Assembly: GCF_030028105.1 (NCBI RefSeq)
Contig: NC_092402.1
Location: forward strand, 28,566,843-28,630,842
Length of the DNA stretch: 64,000 bases
Direction of reading: 5' to 3'
From: Mobula birostris
Taxonomy: Eukaryota
In this document: positions 50,313 to 63,539 of the stretch, in pieces
Layout of the letters: each line of letters opens with the position of its first letter
How positions within the stretch are numbered: position 1 is the first letter of the stretch
Translations under genes and position numbers: made by a program
The notes under the pieces: model-generated
Database searches by the model: none
The model's input: only the letters and a program-made list of their open reading frames with translations
What the model was told of the DNA's origin: nothing

Positions 50313-52224
50313 ATAGCTCGTTGCATCATCTGTCCCATCGTATTATCCTTCATCCTCACTATTTCCAGTGTTCTTTCTCCCCCTAATAACAATGTCAGCC
50401 ACCCATTTAAAAAAAGAAAAATAATTTGGGTCACCAATTGATTGGGAAGAAAGGTTTGTATTTGAATGGTCTAATCAATTATATACTGTATAATGGGAAT
50501 TTTGATCTCAAAAAGGCATCAAGTTAGGCTATGTGTTAGCACCTTCAAATTAAAAGAAATAATAATGCGCAGACCAGGTGCTATGACCTTTCTGAGACAG
50601 GAGGACTGGATAAATGAAGACTGGATTTTTGAGCTACATATGGTCCATGCCAAGAATCTTCATATCATCAAAAGTGGCCTCCAGGATTTCTAATGAAATC
50701 GTCTTCAATTGGCCAAGGTAGGGTTGTCCTTGGACCAGAGAAGGCTGAAAGAATTGTCAGAGGAGTTTGAAATTTAGTTCCTCTTGCTTAAGTGTCAACA
50801 AATGTGGATATAGATTTAAGGTGATTCCTGATGAACTAAGGAAAATACATTTTATGTACTGATTGGTTAAGATTTGGAGTTCCTGTCTGTTGGCTAAATA
50901 GAGATTCAAGTAGCCTTCAAATGGCAACTGCATTGATACATGAGGAAAAGATTCAAAGAATGTCCTGAGTATGCTTAGTTCAGTATAGCAACAGCATGGG
51001 CACTGTAATGACTTTGCACTTCAATGGACTTTGTTTTATTTATTCTGATTATGTTCTTTCTTGTAGAAACCTTATGTTTTTCTTATAAATGCTATTTATC
51101 TGATGCTATGAGCCTGTGATGCTGCTGCATGCAAGTTTTTCATTGCATCTGTGCATGCATATATTTGTACATATGACAAGAAACTCAATTTTGACTTTTT
51201 GACTTTGAGTAGAAATTGAGTAGAATCTATTAGATTACTATTCAGAAGAATTTGATGGGTCAAATGTAAATCTTCTGTACTGTGAAACCATAAATGTGAC
51301 TATATCAACCCACAATTAGAATATATTTCACTCTCCTCTCCACCAGGCCCACAAAACCTGCAGAGTGATCAAAGAAACACCTCTTAAAGGAATAAAACCC
51401 ATCAAAAGCACAATCCCTTCACCTCAGTCGTGGTTAATGCCCTTGAGTAAAAATCACACAGACGTGTAAATATGGGGATAGAAAAGGGGTTAAGTGAGAG
51501 AGGAATAAAGGAGCAAGAAAAATTAAGTAAAACTCTTGATATCATTAACATTAAACATGTTCTGAAGGAATGAAAGGAAACAGCATTTTTCAAATTTAAG
51601 TTATCAGTTTCAGAGAGGTTATTGGCTGATAACTGTGATTTATTTTAAATTTTAAAAATCACCGGAATCTAGCTGTCCCAACTTTTACGAGTGTGTTTAT
51701 TGGACAACTCCCTGACTTCCCATGGAGCTCAATAGAAAATCTTTTGACAAGGTACAATTATATTGTGGCACTGGAAGAGCAGAGTGAATCCAACACTTCT
51801 ACCCTTATCTTTACGTGCATGGACTCTCAATGGTACTGTATAATTTCTTCAATTGCATGCGTAAAAGCTATTAGTGTCACTTTATTCTCAACATGAAACC
51901 TGGGTCAATATCTGGAATGAAATTCCAATTTTTAATATATTCTTAGCTTTTGTGCTACACCAGGATACATTTGCTAAGAAGCGCAAATGCTCTGATCCGA
52001 GGAGTAGCATGAAGGTTATGGCATAACATACAAAACATGATAAGGTAAAAATTAGTGTCTGACAGAACGGGATAGAACCAGTTAGATTAAAAGTCTTGGA
52101 TGCCTCTAGTATTAGGTTTGCAGAAACTTATTTTAGGACATGGTTATTGAAATTCAATGAGAATATTTTGAAAACATGTTTTAAAAGTTCTCAGAACAAC
52201 AGAAATTAAGTGAAATTTACAGGA

Positions 52225-53660
52225 AGATGTTTCCTGCTTGGCATTACTGCCTGCCACACCTCCAACAGTGCCCATAGGCCAGCTGCAGGGTCATCAACCT
52301 CTCATTGATGTTTCACTTCCTTTGTCCTGGTCTCCCTGCCACCCTCTGCAGCTTCCAATGGGGTTAGTCAGTTCCCCAATTTCTGTTCTTTCTCCTCAGC
52401 CACAGGCAAAAGCTGTCCTCTTCTGGCTCTTCAGCCAATTCTCTGGTGGCCCTCCTGAGCTTCGCTCCAGTCACTGCCATATCATGGAGTAACCTTGTCG
52501 TCGATGCACTGACAAAGCCCCGGTGTCCTACCTCCACAGGGTAGATGATGGTCCTCCAGCCAGCATCCTTACACTCAGCTGCCAGGTCTGAGCATTTTAG
52601 CCTCTTCTGCTCATGGACGGCCTCCACTCCTTCCTCCCATGGGGTGGTTAACACTGTGAGGAGGGCAGTCCTTGTGGTCGTCTGGGCATAGAGTTGTAGT
52701 GGAAATTTACATGGGGAACTGTAGCTGTCCAGTTACATGAGATCTGCCCTCATGTTCCACTCCTTACCTAAGGGGAAGAGTCCTGAAGGAGCCCTTGGGT
52801 GGGTGCATTCAGCACTCTTACCAGCCTTAACCAATGGGATGAATTGTCATCCCACTGGGGAAAGGCTGCTTCTCACATCCCACCAGCAGGTTTCTAAGAT
52901 CTCTGCCAGCTTTTTAAGGACCTGCTTATGCTGCCATCAGTAGTGCCCTTGGGACTGGGCAGTCTTGCATTCTGCCAGGATGTGTTGGAGGTTGGCATTG
53001 GTGGTATCACACAGGGGACAGCTATCCTCACTACTGAACGACTGATGAAAATTTCGAGGCAGGGCAAGGTATCATAGGTTGCCCTGATGAGGAAGCTGAG
53101 TCTGGCTTGGGGGATCTTCCACAGGTCTGACCAGCTGCATGACTGGTTGATGGTGCTCTCTCACATTGTCCATCTTCCCTGGTGCCCTTTGCTACTGCCC
53201 CTGTAGCGCCCCTGCTCTGTTTTTGTCACCTCCTCCACTTCCATAGCTTCCCTCTCTTTCTTCAAGGCCTTGGACCAGGAATGTACTGCCTTCACCCAAC
53301 CAAGTCCTGCATGTCCAGCCTGGACTCTGCTGACAACCTCTCAATGCTGCAGCCTGCTGATGGCCTGTTCTACTTCAGCCTGAGCTCTCCATTTACAGCC
53401 AGTATCAATTGAGGCATTAGCACTCCTTACCAGCGGGTCGGTGGACTCCCTCAGCTCAACGGCCAGTCAGGTTTTTTCCTGCTTGTACCCCAGGCTGATG
53501 GATCTCAATGGCAGCTGCAATGTTTTCTTCCCAAAGAGGCCAGTGTTTGAGAAACACTGAGGCCACCTCAGCCATTTCCAAATGTACAATTTGGCTATCC
53601 CATTCATCCTCAGGGTATACTTTTCTGTCAATGCAGCTACACAAACCTATGCTGATGAAA
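52225..53660 (-). mobile_element. HERO-clade non-LTR retrotransposon 3' portion (zinc knuckle and restriction-like endonuclease)
   Basis: Minus translation: KWLRWPQCFSNTGLFG..LQLPLRS, WSDLWKIPQARLSFLIRATYDTLPCPRN, CPLC...LQHILAEC, and LTTPWEE...KRLK..DL...C...GW...PVEVGHRGF...LWLRR. Confidence 0.85.
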
Positions 53661-55231
53661 ACACCTGTACCTGAACCTGAGGGGTATGTGCACTTTGAGT
53701 GGTAACTGAACTCAATTATTGCTGTTCTCCTAACCTGCAGTGTTTGTTCACATTATGTGGGATAAGGCCAGAAGAGACAGGGGCAGAATTAGGCTATTTG
53801 GCCCATTGAGTCTGCTCCACCATTCGACTATGGCTAATAACTTGTGAAAAACACAAGTTATCCAGTTTCAGAAGTTGAAACAGCCTCTTCAACATAGGCA
53901 AATGAAAATATTGAAAATCTGAGAGGACTTTATATAATGTGTGCTTGTATAGTGAATATGGAAAGATGCATTTTCAAGTGGAACAAATCCTCGTGCATGC
54001 AACTTAAAATCCATTGAAATATGTGGAAGTTCCCATAACACAATCAATATATTTGAGGGCTGTATTACAAGAAATCAAGTTTCAAAATGCATTGTGAATT
54101 TGGTGCCGCACTACCTGAGGAGGATTATTTTAGTTTTATACGACTTATGGCTATAGGCCGCGGTAAGAAAACTCAAGCCAATTTTCCTTTCATTAGGTCA
54201 TTGAATGCTGGTGGACAGAATAACTGAGAGTAATGTGGAGGAGACATGAATTAGTGTCAGATGCCATGTATATACTCTGTGGCCAAGTTCACACAAGAAT
54301 GAAAACTGGCTTCTGCCTTTCTGAGGTTGATGGACTTTACATAAATTGACACCTTAAGAGAAGGAGGAGAAGAAAAAATCTGAAGAGGAACAGAAAACTC
54401 TTCTCTATCTATCTCCTGTTTTGCCAGTCACATACATGCAACTATGTTGAGCTGGCCAGATATAACGTTACTTTGGTTGGTTTTAGAGACAGAGGTCTCC
54501 AAAAATTGCTTAATTATGAATTTTCGTTTAATTCTAATTTGTTTTTACAAATTTAATTCTAATTTTTTTTATTTGTATGTCTCAAAATGTTAATTATGAA
54601 TGTAATGAAAGCATTTATTTCATTTTCATTACATTGAAACAAATTCAAAATACTGGTCTTGATTCTTGGTCCTCCCCAACCACTCATCTAATTGCTTCTC
54701 ATTTTCTGTCCATTTTGTGGAACTGGATGAAGTAGCAGTGTAGTTGAAGGTCACAGAATAACCAGAACAGTTGTGCTGCTATATCTTGCATGTCTCATTT
54801 CTTTAAAATTCAACATTTGTCCTACTTGTGACATAGGATATGCATGCACCCTGCCTGGGGAGATAAACACATTTCTATATGCTTAATGAGGGCAACCCAG
54901 ACAGAATTTGTCATTAATGTAGGTTTTATCTCATTAATTCTGTGTTTGAGTCAAAGTTTGCATTATCAAACAACTATGTTTCAATTAGAATGTGCTATAA
55001 AACTGCCTTCTGCCTATCTTGATGACTGTGATACATTTAGAAAAAGATGAAAACAATTCTCAGCTTATACTGCAGATGGTGCTGTTTATGAATTTTCGTG
55101 TAACCTACCTCTCTGGCAAGGATTGTTAATCTAAATGGAGTGGATTTTGTTTTGTGTGACAGAAGGTTTGAGTGGATATTCATGTACTCTGCAATTTTAT
55201 GTCAATGTTTTCACATTTCATATTTTACTGG

Positions 55232-55662
55232 ATGACTGGATGAACTAGGCTTGTACTCGTTGGAATTTAGAAGATTGAGGAGGGATCTGATTGAAACGTA
55301 TAAAATCCTAAAGGGATTGGACAGGCTAGATGCAGGAAGATTGTTCCCAATGTTGGGGAAGTCCAGAATGAGGGATCACGGTTTGAGGATAAAGGCGAAG
55401 CCTTTTAGGACTGAGATTAGGAAAAACTTCTTCACACAGAGAGTGGTGAATCTGTGGAATTCTCTGCCACAGGAAACAGTTGAGGCCAGTTCATTGGCTA
55501 TATTTAAGAGGGAGTTAGATATGGCCCTTGTGGCTAGGGGGATCAGAGGGTATGGAGGGAAGGATGGTGCAGGGTTCTGAGTTGGATGATCAGCCATGAT
55601 CATAATAAATGGCGGTGCAGGCTCGAAGGGCCGAATGGCCTACTCCTGTACCTATTTTCTAG
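55232..55662 (+). mobile_element. Young CR1 3' end, nearly identical to 44755-45126
   Basis: ORF 55251-55580 differs from ORF 44833-45096 at only a few residues. Confidence 0.93.
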
Positions 55663-55874
55663 CCCTTTAGCCGATGTTCAACAGTAGCTCTCTGAGCATG
55701 GCATCAGTCACATCCCCCACCTATTTCTCCATAAACCATTCCACGTAACATTACCTACCACCCATCATTCCTCGCGTGCTCCCCCACCCGTTGGAATACT
55801 CCTGCCATCCAGCTATAGTAAGCTGACTAACATACCAGCACATCTTTCGGGTGTGAGAAGAAACAAAACCAATT

Positions 55875-56985
55875 AGAAGAATCAGATTCAGGTTTAATAT
55901 TGTGAAATTTGTTGTTTTGCAGCAGCAGTACATTGCAATACATAGTAATAAAACTATGAATTACAATAATATATATAAAATAAATTAAATAAGTAGTGCA
56001 AAGAGAGAGGGAAAACTAGTGAGGAAGTGTTGATGTCCACTCAGAACTGATGGCAGAGGGGAAGAAACTGTTCTTAAAATATTGAGTGTGTGTCTTCAGG
56101 CTCTTGTACCTCCTCCTTGATGGTAGCAATGAGAAAGGTCATGTCCTGGGTGATGAGGGTCCTTAATGATGGATGCTGCCTTTTTGAAGTATCACCTTTG
56201 AAAGCATCCTGGATGCCGGGGAGGCGTGTGCCCACAATAGAGCTGGCCGAGTTGGCAATTTTCTGCAGCTTTTTCATATCCTGTGCAGTAGCCCTTCCAT
56301 ACCAGACAGTGATGCAGCCAGTTAGAATGCCCTTCATGGTACATCTGTAGACATGTGCGAGTCTCTTTGGTGTCCTCAAACTCTGAATGAAATACAGCCA
56401 CTGTTGTGCCTTCTTTGTAATTGTATCAGTATGTTCCACCCAGGACAGATCCTCAGAGAGGCTGACAACCAGGAACTTGAAACTGACCACCCTTTCCATT
56501 TCTGATCCCTTGATGATTGCACGTTGTGCGTTCCCTCGACTTAAGTGCAAGGTTGTTGTTATGACTCCATTCAACCAGCTGATCTATCTCGCTCCTGTTC
56601 ACCACCTCATCACCATCTGAAATTCTGTCAACAAAAGTTGTGTCATCAGCAAATTTATAGATGGTGTCTGAGCTGTACCGAGTCACACAGTTGTCGGTGT
56701 AGAGAGAGTAAAGCAAGGGCTAAACATGCATCCTTGATGTGTGCCAGTGTTGATTGTCAGTGAGGAGATGATATTATTTCTGATCCGCTGACTGTTCCAG
56801 GTCGAGTGAGCGGGACTGAAGTAGAACAGCCATGCCTGTGCATCATGATGAGTTAATTAAAAGGCCTACTTCGCCTCCGCTGCCTTTGAACGACTGAACT
56901 ACCTTGTCTTTACGGTGACTGGTGAAGCTATCGAGCTGCAGCGCTGCATCCGAAATGGCGACGGATAGCCATGTCTCTACGTCAT
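55875..56985 (-). mobile_element. Rex1/Babar LINE with a large internal deletion (APE fragment joined to the RT C-terminus)
   Basis: ETWLS...DAALQLDSF..HRKD....GSGGEV.LLIN (APE, 56843-56980), LYSLYTDNC..YKFADDTT, and KKAQQWLYF. Confidence 0.85.
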
Positions 56986-57304
56986 CAAAAGGAGAATATG
57001 CAAATTCCTCACAGGTAGCACTCAATGTGAAGATCAAACCCCAAAGCTATGTGGAAGCAATGATTACACCTATGGCATTCTGCCATCCACCACTACCAGT
57101 ATTTAGGGCAAGTATTTCTGCCTAAGATTTTGGAACTGTTTACACCAAAATATTTTTAAAATGTTATTAATTATTTTTGCGAGTACTCATGGTGCTGATA
57201 GCATTCCAATTATAGCAAACAAGATTCGCTCACAGATCCATTGTGGAAGTCAAATATAAAGAAACAGTGTGTGAGTACCCATACCAATTTAGCAGTATGA
57301 AACA

Positions 57305-57725
57305 TGGTTGAGTGAACTTGGCCTTTTCTCCTTGGATCAACGGAGGATGAGAGGTGACTTGATCAAGGTGTATAAAATAATGAGGGGCATTGATCGTGTC
57401 AATAGCCAGATGCTTTTTTCCAGGGCTGAAATGACTAACACGAAGGGACATAGTTTTAAGGTGCTTGGAAGTAGGTATCGAGGGGATGTCAGGGGTAAGC
57501 TTTTCACGCAGAGAGTGGTAGGTGTGTGGAATGCACTGACGGCGGCGGTGGTGGAAGCTGATACAATAGAGTCATGTAAGAGCCTCTTAAATAGGTACAC
57601 AGAGCTCAGAAAAATAGAGGGCTACATGCTAGGGAAATTCTAGGCAGATTCTAGAGTAGGTTACATGGTCAGCACAACATTGTTGGCTGAAGGGCCTGTA
57701 ATATGCTGTAGGTTTCTATGTTCTA
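57305..57725 (+). mobile_element. CR1 3' fragment
   Basis: ORF 57308-57643 LGLFSLDQRRMRGDLIKVYKIMRG. Confidence 0.9.
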
Positions 57726-58549
57726 AAACAGCTTTCTAAGTACAAACTATGACAATACAACTATAATAGTAACTTAGCTAATTTACATATGCAAATATAA
57801 ATTTGAAAATCATGGAAGTATTTCTTTTTCACAAAAATCTATAAATATTGTAAATTTAATTTAAAGTTGTGGTCTTGTGTCCAGATTTTAAATGGCTTAG
57901 TACAAGTTCCTGACTTAAGGGATAGCAAACAGGTCTAGAAAAGCACTTCCTATTTTATTTTTGTCTGTAGCTTTGCTATGGTATTAAAGTGTGAGATGAT
58001 GTTTTATGTTAATCAGATGAGTACTGCATCATTCATTGAGGAATACAATTTCCTGAACTAGAAATTTTTTCAGATACTTTGCACAAATTTAGGATAATTA
58101 AGGAATAAATACAAAAATAATATCTGGGTGCAAAATAGTATATTTTGGAAATTAACTCCATACCCCAGCATTCTTAGCCATTGTGAAATAACTAACGCAT
58201 GCACTCTTCATTTAGATAGGCAAAATATGAAATTACAATTCATGGCCAGTCAAATCAATTTGCAAATAAGAATATCATCTCCTTATAATATTTAACTGTG
58301 TTCAATTTGTCATTATGTAGTAATCTTTAGGGAGCTGTTCATTCTCCAATTACTTAAGTAATGTAAGTGTTGTATGTGGTGTGACTGTGGTATCCTCTGC
58401 AACAACGTAATTCCAGTAATATCTCGCAGAGCCATGAGCACACCCACAGTTTATTTAAATGCTGCCTTCTGTTTTGCATTTTGGAAAATAAATAAACAGG
58501 TGTCCTTGTTGAACTTCATTGTTGTGAAATGTTGTACCCAGATTAATTT

Positions 58550-59900
58550 TTTAGATTTTAGATTAGATTAGATTCAACTTTATTGTACAGATACAAAGCC
58601 AATGAAATGCAGTTATCATCTGACCAGAAATGCAAAGAATAGTGTTATTTACAAAATAACTTTGAATAAAAAGTAAGTGCTACAGCACATAAATATAAAA
58701 GTACTGAGACAGTACAATACGGATGCAATACTGCTTAGTGCTGTGATGAGAGGTTCAGCAGTGTCACAGCCTCTGGGAAGAAACTCTTCCTGTGCCTGCT
58801 GGTGTAGAAGCAGAGGCTCCTGTAGCGCCTACCGGATGAGAGGAGAGTAAAAAGTCCATGGTTAGAGTGAGATGCATCCTTGATAATGCTTTTCACCCTG
58901 CGCAGGCAGCGTTTACGATAGATATTCTCAATGGTGGGCAATTGGGTGCCGATAATCCACTGGGCAGTTTTCACCACATGCTGGAGTTCTTTGCGGTCCG
59001 ATATGAGACAATTGCTATACCACACTGAGATGCAGTTGGTGAGTATGCTCTCAATGGTACAGTGGTAAAAGTCTGTCAGTATCCTGGGACAGAGCTGAGC
59101 TTTCTTGATGCTCCTCAGGAAATAAAGGCACTGTTGCGCCTTTTTGATCAGGATGGAGGAGTTCAGGGACCAGCTGAGATCCTCAGAAATGTGGACACCA
59201 AGGAATTTGAAGCTTGATACACGCTCCAGCAGAGCTCCGTTGATATAGATGGGGACGTGAGTGTGGCTCCTAGCACGCCTGAAGTCCACAATGATCTCCT
59301 TGGTCTTCTGGGTGTTAAGGGCCAGGTTGTTGTCAGCACACCACGCGGCCAGGTGCTGGACCTCATCCCTGTAGGCTGTCTCATCATCCCGTCTGATCAG
59401 GCCAACCACCATGGTGTTGTCTGCGAACTTGATTATGGAGTTAGAACCATGTACAGGAATGCAGTCATAGGTGAAAAAGGAGTACAGAAGAGGGCTCAGC
59501 ACACAGCCTTGAGGCACGCCAGTGTTCAGGGTGAGAGTGGAGGAGGAGAGGTTGTCTAACTTAACTGATTGGGGTCTGTTAGTCAAAGTCCAGGGTCCAA
59601 TTGCAGAGGGATGAGCTGATACCAAGCTGGCGAAGTTTGGAGATCAGCTTGGAGGGGATCACAGTATTGAATGCCGAACTAAAGTCACTGAACAGCATTC
59701 TGAAGTAAGAGTTGGCGTTGTCCAGGTGGGTCAGGGCAGAGTGAAGTGCCGTGGAGATGGCATCCTCTGTTGACCTGTTGGTGCGATAAGCAAATTGATG
59801 GGGGTCCAGGGTAGTGGGCAGACAGGATTTCAGATGTGATAGAACCAGTCTCTCAAAGCACTTTGCAATGATGGGGGTGAGTGCAGCTGGACGGAAGTCA
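58550..59900 (-). mobile_element. Rex1/Babar LINE, 5'-truncated, RT with one frameshift
   Basis: ORFs 59579-59908 and 58735-59625 ([37 protein letters not shown]). (ttaga)n tail at 58550-58575. Confidence 0.95.
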
Positions 59901-60759
59901 ATTCTCACAAAGGTTATTGAATATTACAGCAGGCAAAGTGATAATAGAATGATAAAATGTGAGAATATAGAGCAAACTTTACTGAGCGGTGATACTGCAA
60001 TGCAAAGCTTATTGAACTCTCATATAGGCCGTCATTTCAGATATGGACCTTTACCATTGCCAGGTCTGCTAGATAGTACTTGACCTGCTGAGTAGCAATT
60101 TCTGTTTTCATTTCAGATTTCCAGCATTTTACTTTTTGTACAAAATCACCTCTCTGGTACATGTCCAGTAATAAAATTAGCAGATCAAAATATAATTCAT
60201 GTTGTGTATGTCATATTGTTGTAAAAGCAATATGCAGGGCAACTTCTAGTGCATCTTACTGTTGAACATGCTTATTCATGGCTATTTTGCAGATTGCTCG
60301 TTCATAATTATCGGTGGCATGGAAACAAACACCTGATAAAACTTCTTCAAAAGAATATAGAACTTTCAGCATAATTGGCCTAACTCTCATCTGCAGCATG
60401 CAGCATTTTCTGCCTGATTACAGCAGTTCGGTCCGTCATTAGAATCTCTCAAGATCAAAGATAACTAGCTTTCACTAATATTGTCTGGGTTCTAAGGTAA
60501 CTGATGAGAAAGAAGGGGGAATCATGAACTCTTCCATGTATGCAGCAAGGGATGTCCGATGGGTGATTTATGAGGTGGTGCACTCCTTCCACCATATTCT
60601 TACAGGTTCTCTGTTCTCCCAGTGCAGGAAGATGAGATTCTCAGTGCCATCCAAATACCCCTTCTTTTGAGCAGAACTTCCAACTGTCATTGGGGACATT
60701 CAACTATTTCAAAGAGGTTTAAGAATACCTCAACAGAAACCGGTCCTACCTGTTTGCCC

Positions 60760-60890
60760 AACACGCACAAACTCCTGGTGGAACTCAGCAGGCCAGGCAG
60801 CATCCACAGGAAGAAGTACAGTCGACGTTTTGGGCCGAGACCCTTCGTCCTGACTTGAATTTCCAGCATCTGCAGATTTCTTCATGTTTG
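60760..60890. mobile_element. Inverted Penelope-derived hammerhead repeat unit with 14-bp TSD
   Basis: A minus arm containing gacgaagggtctcggcccaaaacgtcgact is joined to a plus 3' end ttgaatttccagcatctgcag. Flanks are ctacctgtttgccc (60746-60759) and ctatctgtttgccc (60891-60904). Confidence 0.85.
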
Positions 60891-62320
60891 CTATCTGTTT
60901 GCCCTGTGGTTTTTGCAGAATGTAACTTGGAAGTCTAACCAAGTTGTAAAAGTAAACTATGTACATACTGTACATTGGTGTAGATCAGGAAATGCTGAGA
61001 GGATTGTTTCAACATATGGGTGTTAATTAAACATCACCCTGCTTCGTTCTATGAATATTTAGTCTTCAGCGTGTGCTATGCACTATTACAACAATTAAAT
61101 TGTGGATAATGTGCATGGAATGAGTTACTCTAAGTGTGCAGTCCAATTTTGAGACATGGAATCATAAAACTTAGACCATAAGACATTGAAACAGAACTAG
61201 GCCATTGCAAATATCACTCCATTCTGTAAGAAGGGAGGGAGGCAGAAGAGACGAAATTATAGGCCAGCTCCACTAATTCATCATGGTTGATTTATTATCC
61301 TTCTCAACCCCATTCTCCTGCCTTCTTCCTGGAACCTTTGATACCCTTGACTAATCAAGAACCCACCAATCTCCACTTTAAATAAGCCCAATGACTTGGC
61401 CTCCACAGCCGTCTGTGGTAATGAATTCCACAGATTTACCACCTTCTGGCTTATGAACTTCCTCCTCATCTCTGTTCTAAATGGACATCCCTCTATTCTG
61501 AAATGGTACCCTCTGGTCAGAAATTCCTCCACAATAAGAAGCACCCTCTCCACATCCATTCTGTCTGGACCTTTCAATATTTGATAGGTTTCAAAGAGAT
61601 CTCTCCTCATTCTTCTAAACTCCAGCAAGTACAGGCCCAGAGCCATTAAACAATCTTTACATGTTAACCCTTTCATTCCTGGAATCATTCTCATGAACCT
61701 CTCTGAACCTTCTCCAATGTCAACACAACCCCTCTTAGATAAGGGGCCCAAAACTACTGACAATACTCCAAGTGAGGCCTCACCAGTGCCTTGTAAAGCC
61801 TCAACATTACATACTTGCTTTTATATTCTAGTCCACTCAAAATAAAGGTTAACATTGCATTTGCCTTCCTCACCACTGACTCAACCTGCAAGTCAACCTT
61901 TAGGGAATCCTGCATGAGGACTTTTAAGTCCCTTTGCACCTCAGATTTTAACATTTTCTATCCACTTAGAAAATAGTCTACACTTTTATTCCTTCTCCCA
62001 AAGTGCATGACCACACACTTTCCGACACTGTATTCCATCTGCCACTTAATTGTCCATTCTCCTAATCTGTCTAAATCCTTCTGCAGCCTCCCTGCTTCCT
62101 CAACACTACTTACCCCTCCACCTATTTTCCTATCATATGCTAACTTGGCCACAAAGTCATCAATTCCATCATCCAAATCATAGGCATATAAGGTAAAAAG
62201 AATCAGTGCCAACACAGACCCCTGCAGAACACCAAACACTAGTCACCAGCAAGTAACCAGAAAAGCCTCCTTCTACTCCCAGTCTGCTAATCAGCCAATC
62301 CTCTATCTATCCTAGCATCT

Positions 62321-63539
62321 TGTAGTGGTAGTTAATAGTGCTCCTCCTGTGCCACTCAGTTAGCCTCTTCCACATGGGACGAGTTCACATACCGTACGAG
62401 TAGCATTATCAATAAAGTTCAGTTGAATATCCTGCATACTGGCGTTCTGGTGTGCTGTGCACCATTCCTCAATAATGAACACAACATGGTATCAGAAGTG
62501 GTTGATCATTGAGGAATTGGTGCTACAGGCCAATGGATATTCCCAACAAGAAAGAATTTACAGTAGGACTGTTTTTGTTCATCAAGTCTTGCTGAAGGGT
62601 CTTGGCCTGAAATGTCAACTGTACTCTTTTCCATAGATGCTACCTGGCCTGCTGAGTTCCTCCAACATTGTATGTGTGTGTGTTGCTTGGATTTCCAGTA
62701 TCTGTAGATTTTCTCTTGTTTGAAATTCACACTGAGTTGAAAAAGGACCAAATCTGCAGCAAGGTCATGCAACACTGTGAGCACGGATGGCCAGCTGTTC
62801 CAAAAAGAGCTCACAAACTCAGACCATACTGGCTTGAAAAAGACACACTCACCATTCTTGATGGTTTGCTGCTAAAGGGCTCTAGACACACCATTCCTGC
62901 TTCTACACATGCCAAAATCATCAGTCAAATCCACCAAGGACATTGAAAAATGTCACTTCATCTGGTCTGAGCACACAGCTGGGAGATTATGTAAAGCAAT
63001 GTGAAGCATGCAGAAAAATGCATGATATCATGTTGAACCTTACTGTCCCACAGAATTCCCAGACCCTCCACGGCAAATTTTTAAAAAAGAGTTCTAATGT
63101 TGAAAACGTTTCACAAAATGAGACTGTTCTTAAAAAAAAGGAATTGGTGAAAATAGGGAGGAAAACAAGTACAGTGAGAGACCACTAAAAATAAAAAGAA
63201 AGACAGTTATAATGTTGACAATTCTTTTTTATGTTTATGTAAGGAGCTCAAGTTACATGTTATGTGTAAAGTGAAAACTGAATTGCTCAATTTCAGTGAT
63301 TATAATTTCAATGTAGGTCTGTGGACAAAAAGTACATACCTAGTTTTCCTTTTTTCCCAAGAAGGGGAGATGTTGTGGTAGTTAATATTGCTACTCCTAT
63401 GCTACTCAGTTAGCCACTCCCACATGGGAGGAGTTCACATACTGTACAAGCAGTATTATCAATAAAGTTCAGGTGAATATCCTGTGTGCTGGCATCCTGG
63501 AGTGTGACTCTGCACTATCCCTCAATATCAATCACAACA
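62321..63539 (+). mobile_element. Two-LTR mini retrotransposon (internally deleted Ty3/Gypsy, TRIM-like)
   Basis: Direct repeats 62321-62486 and 63371-63539 (TGT..ACA, AATAAA). PBS tggtatcagaagtgg at 62487-62501 and PPT aagaaggggaga just before 63371. Pol remnant ..CEHGWP...YWLEKDTLTILDGLLLKGSR.TIP....IISQIHQGH...YVKQCEAC (integrase HHCC). Confidence 0.9.
62583..62721 (+). mobile_element. Full single hammerhead-repeat copy nested in the LTR mini-element
   Basis: agtcttgctgaagggtcttggcctgaaatgtcaactg...catagatgctacctggcctgctgag...atctgtagattttctcttgttt. Confidence 0.85.

Noticed and set aside
58735-59625. 296-aa ORF as a cellular gene (the KKAQQ.LYFLR motif is often mis-annotated)
   Set aside because: It is the Rex1/Babar RT C-terminus, and several decayed paralogues occur in this window.
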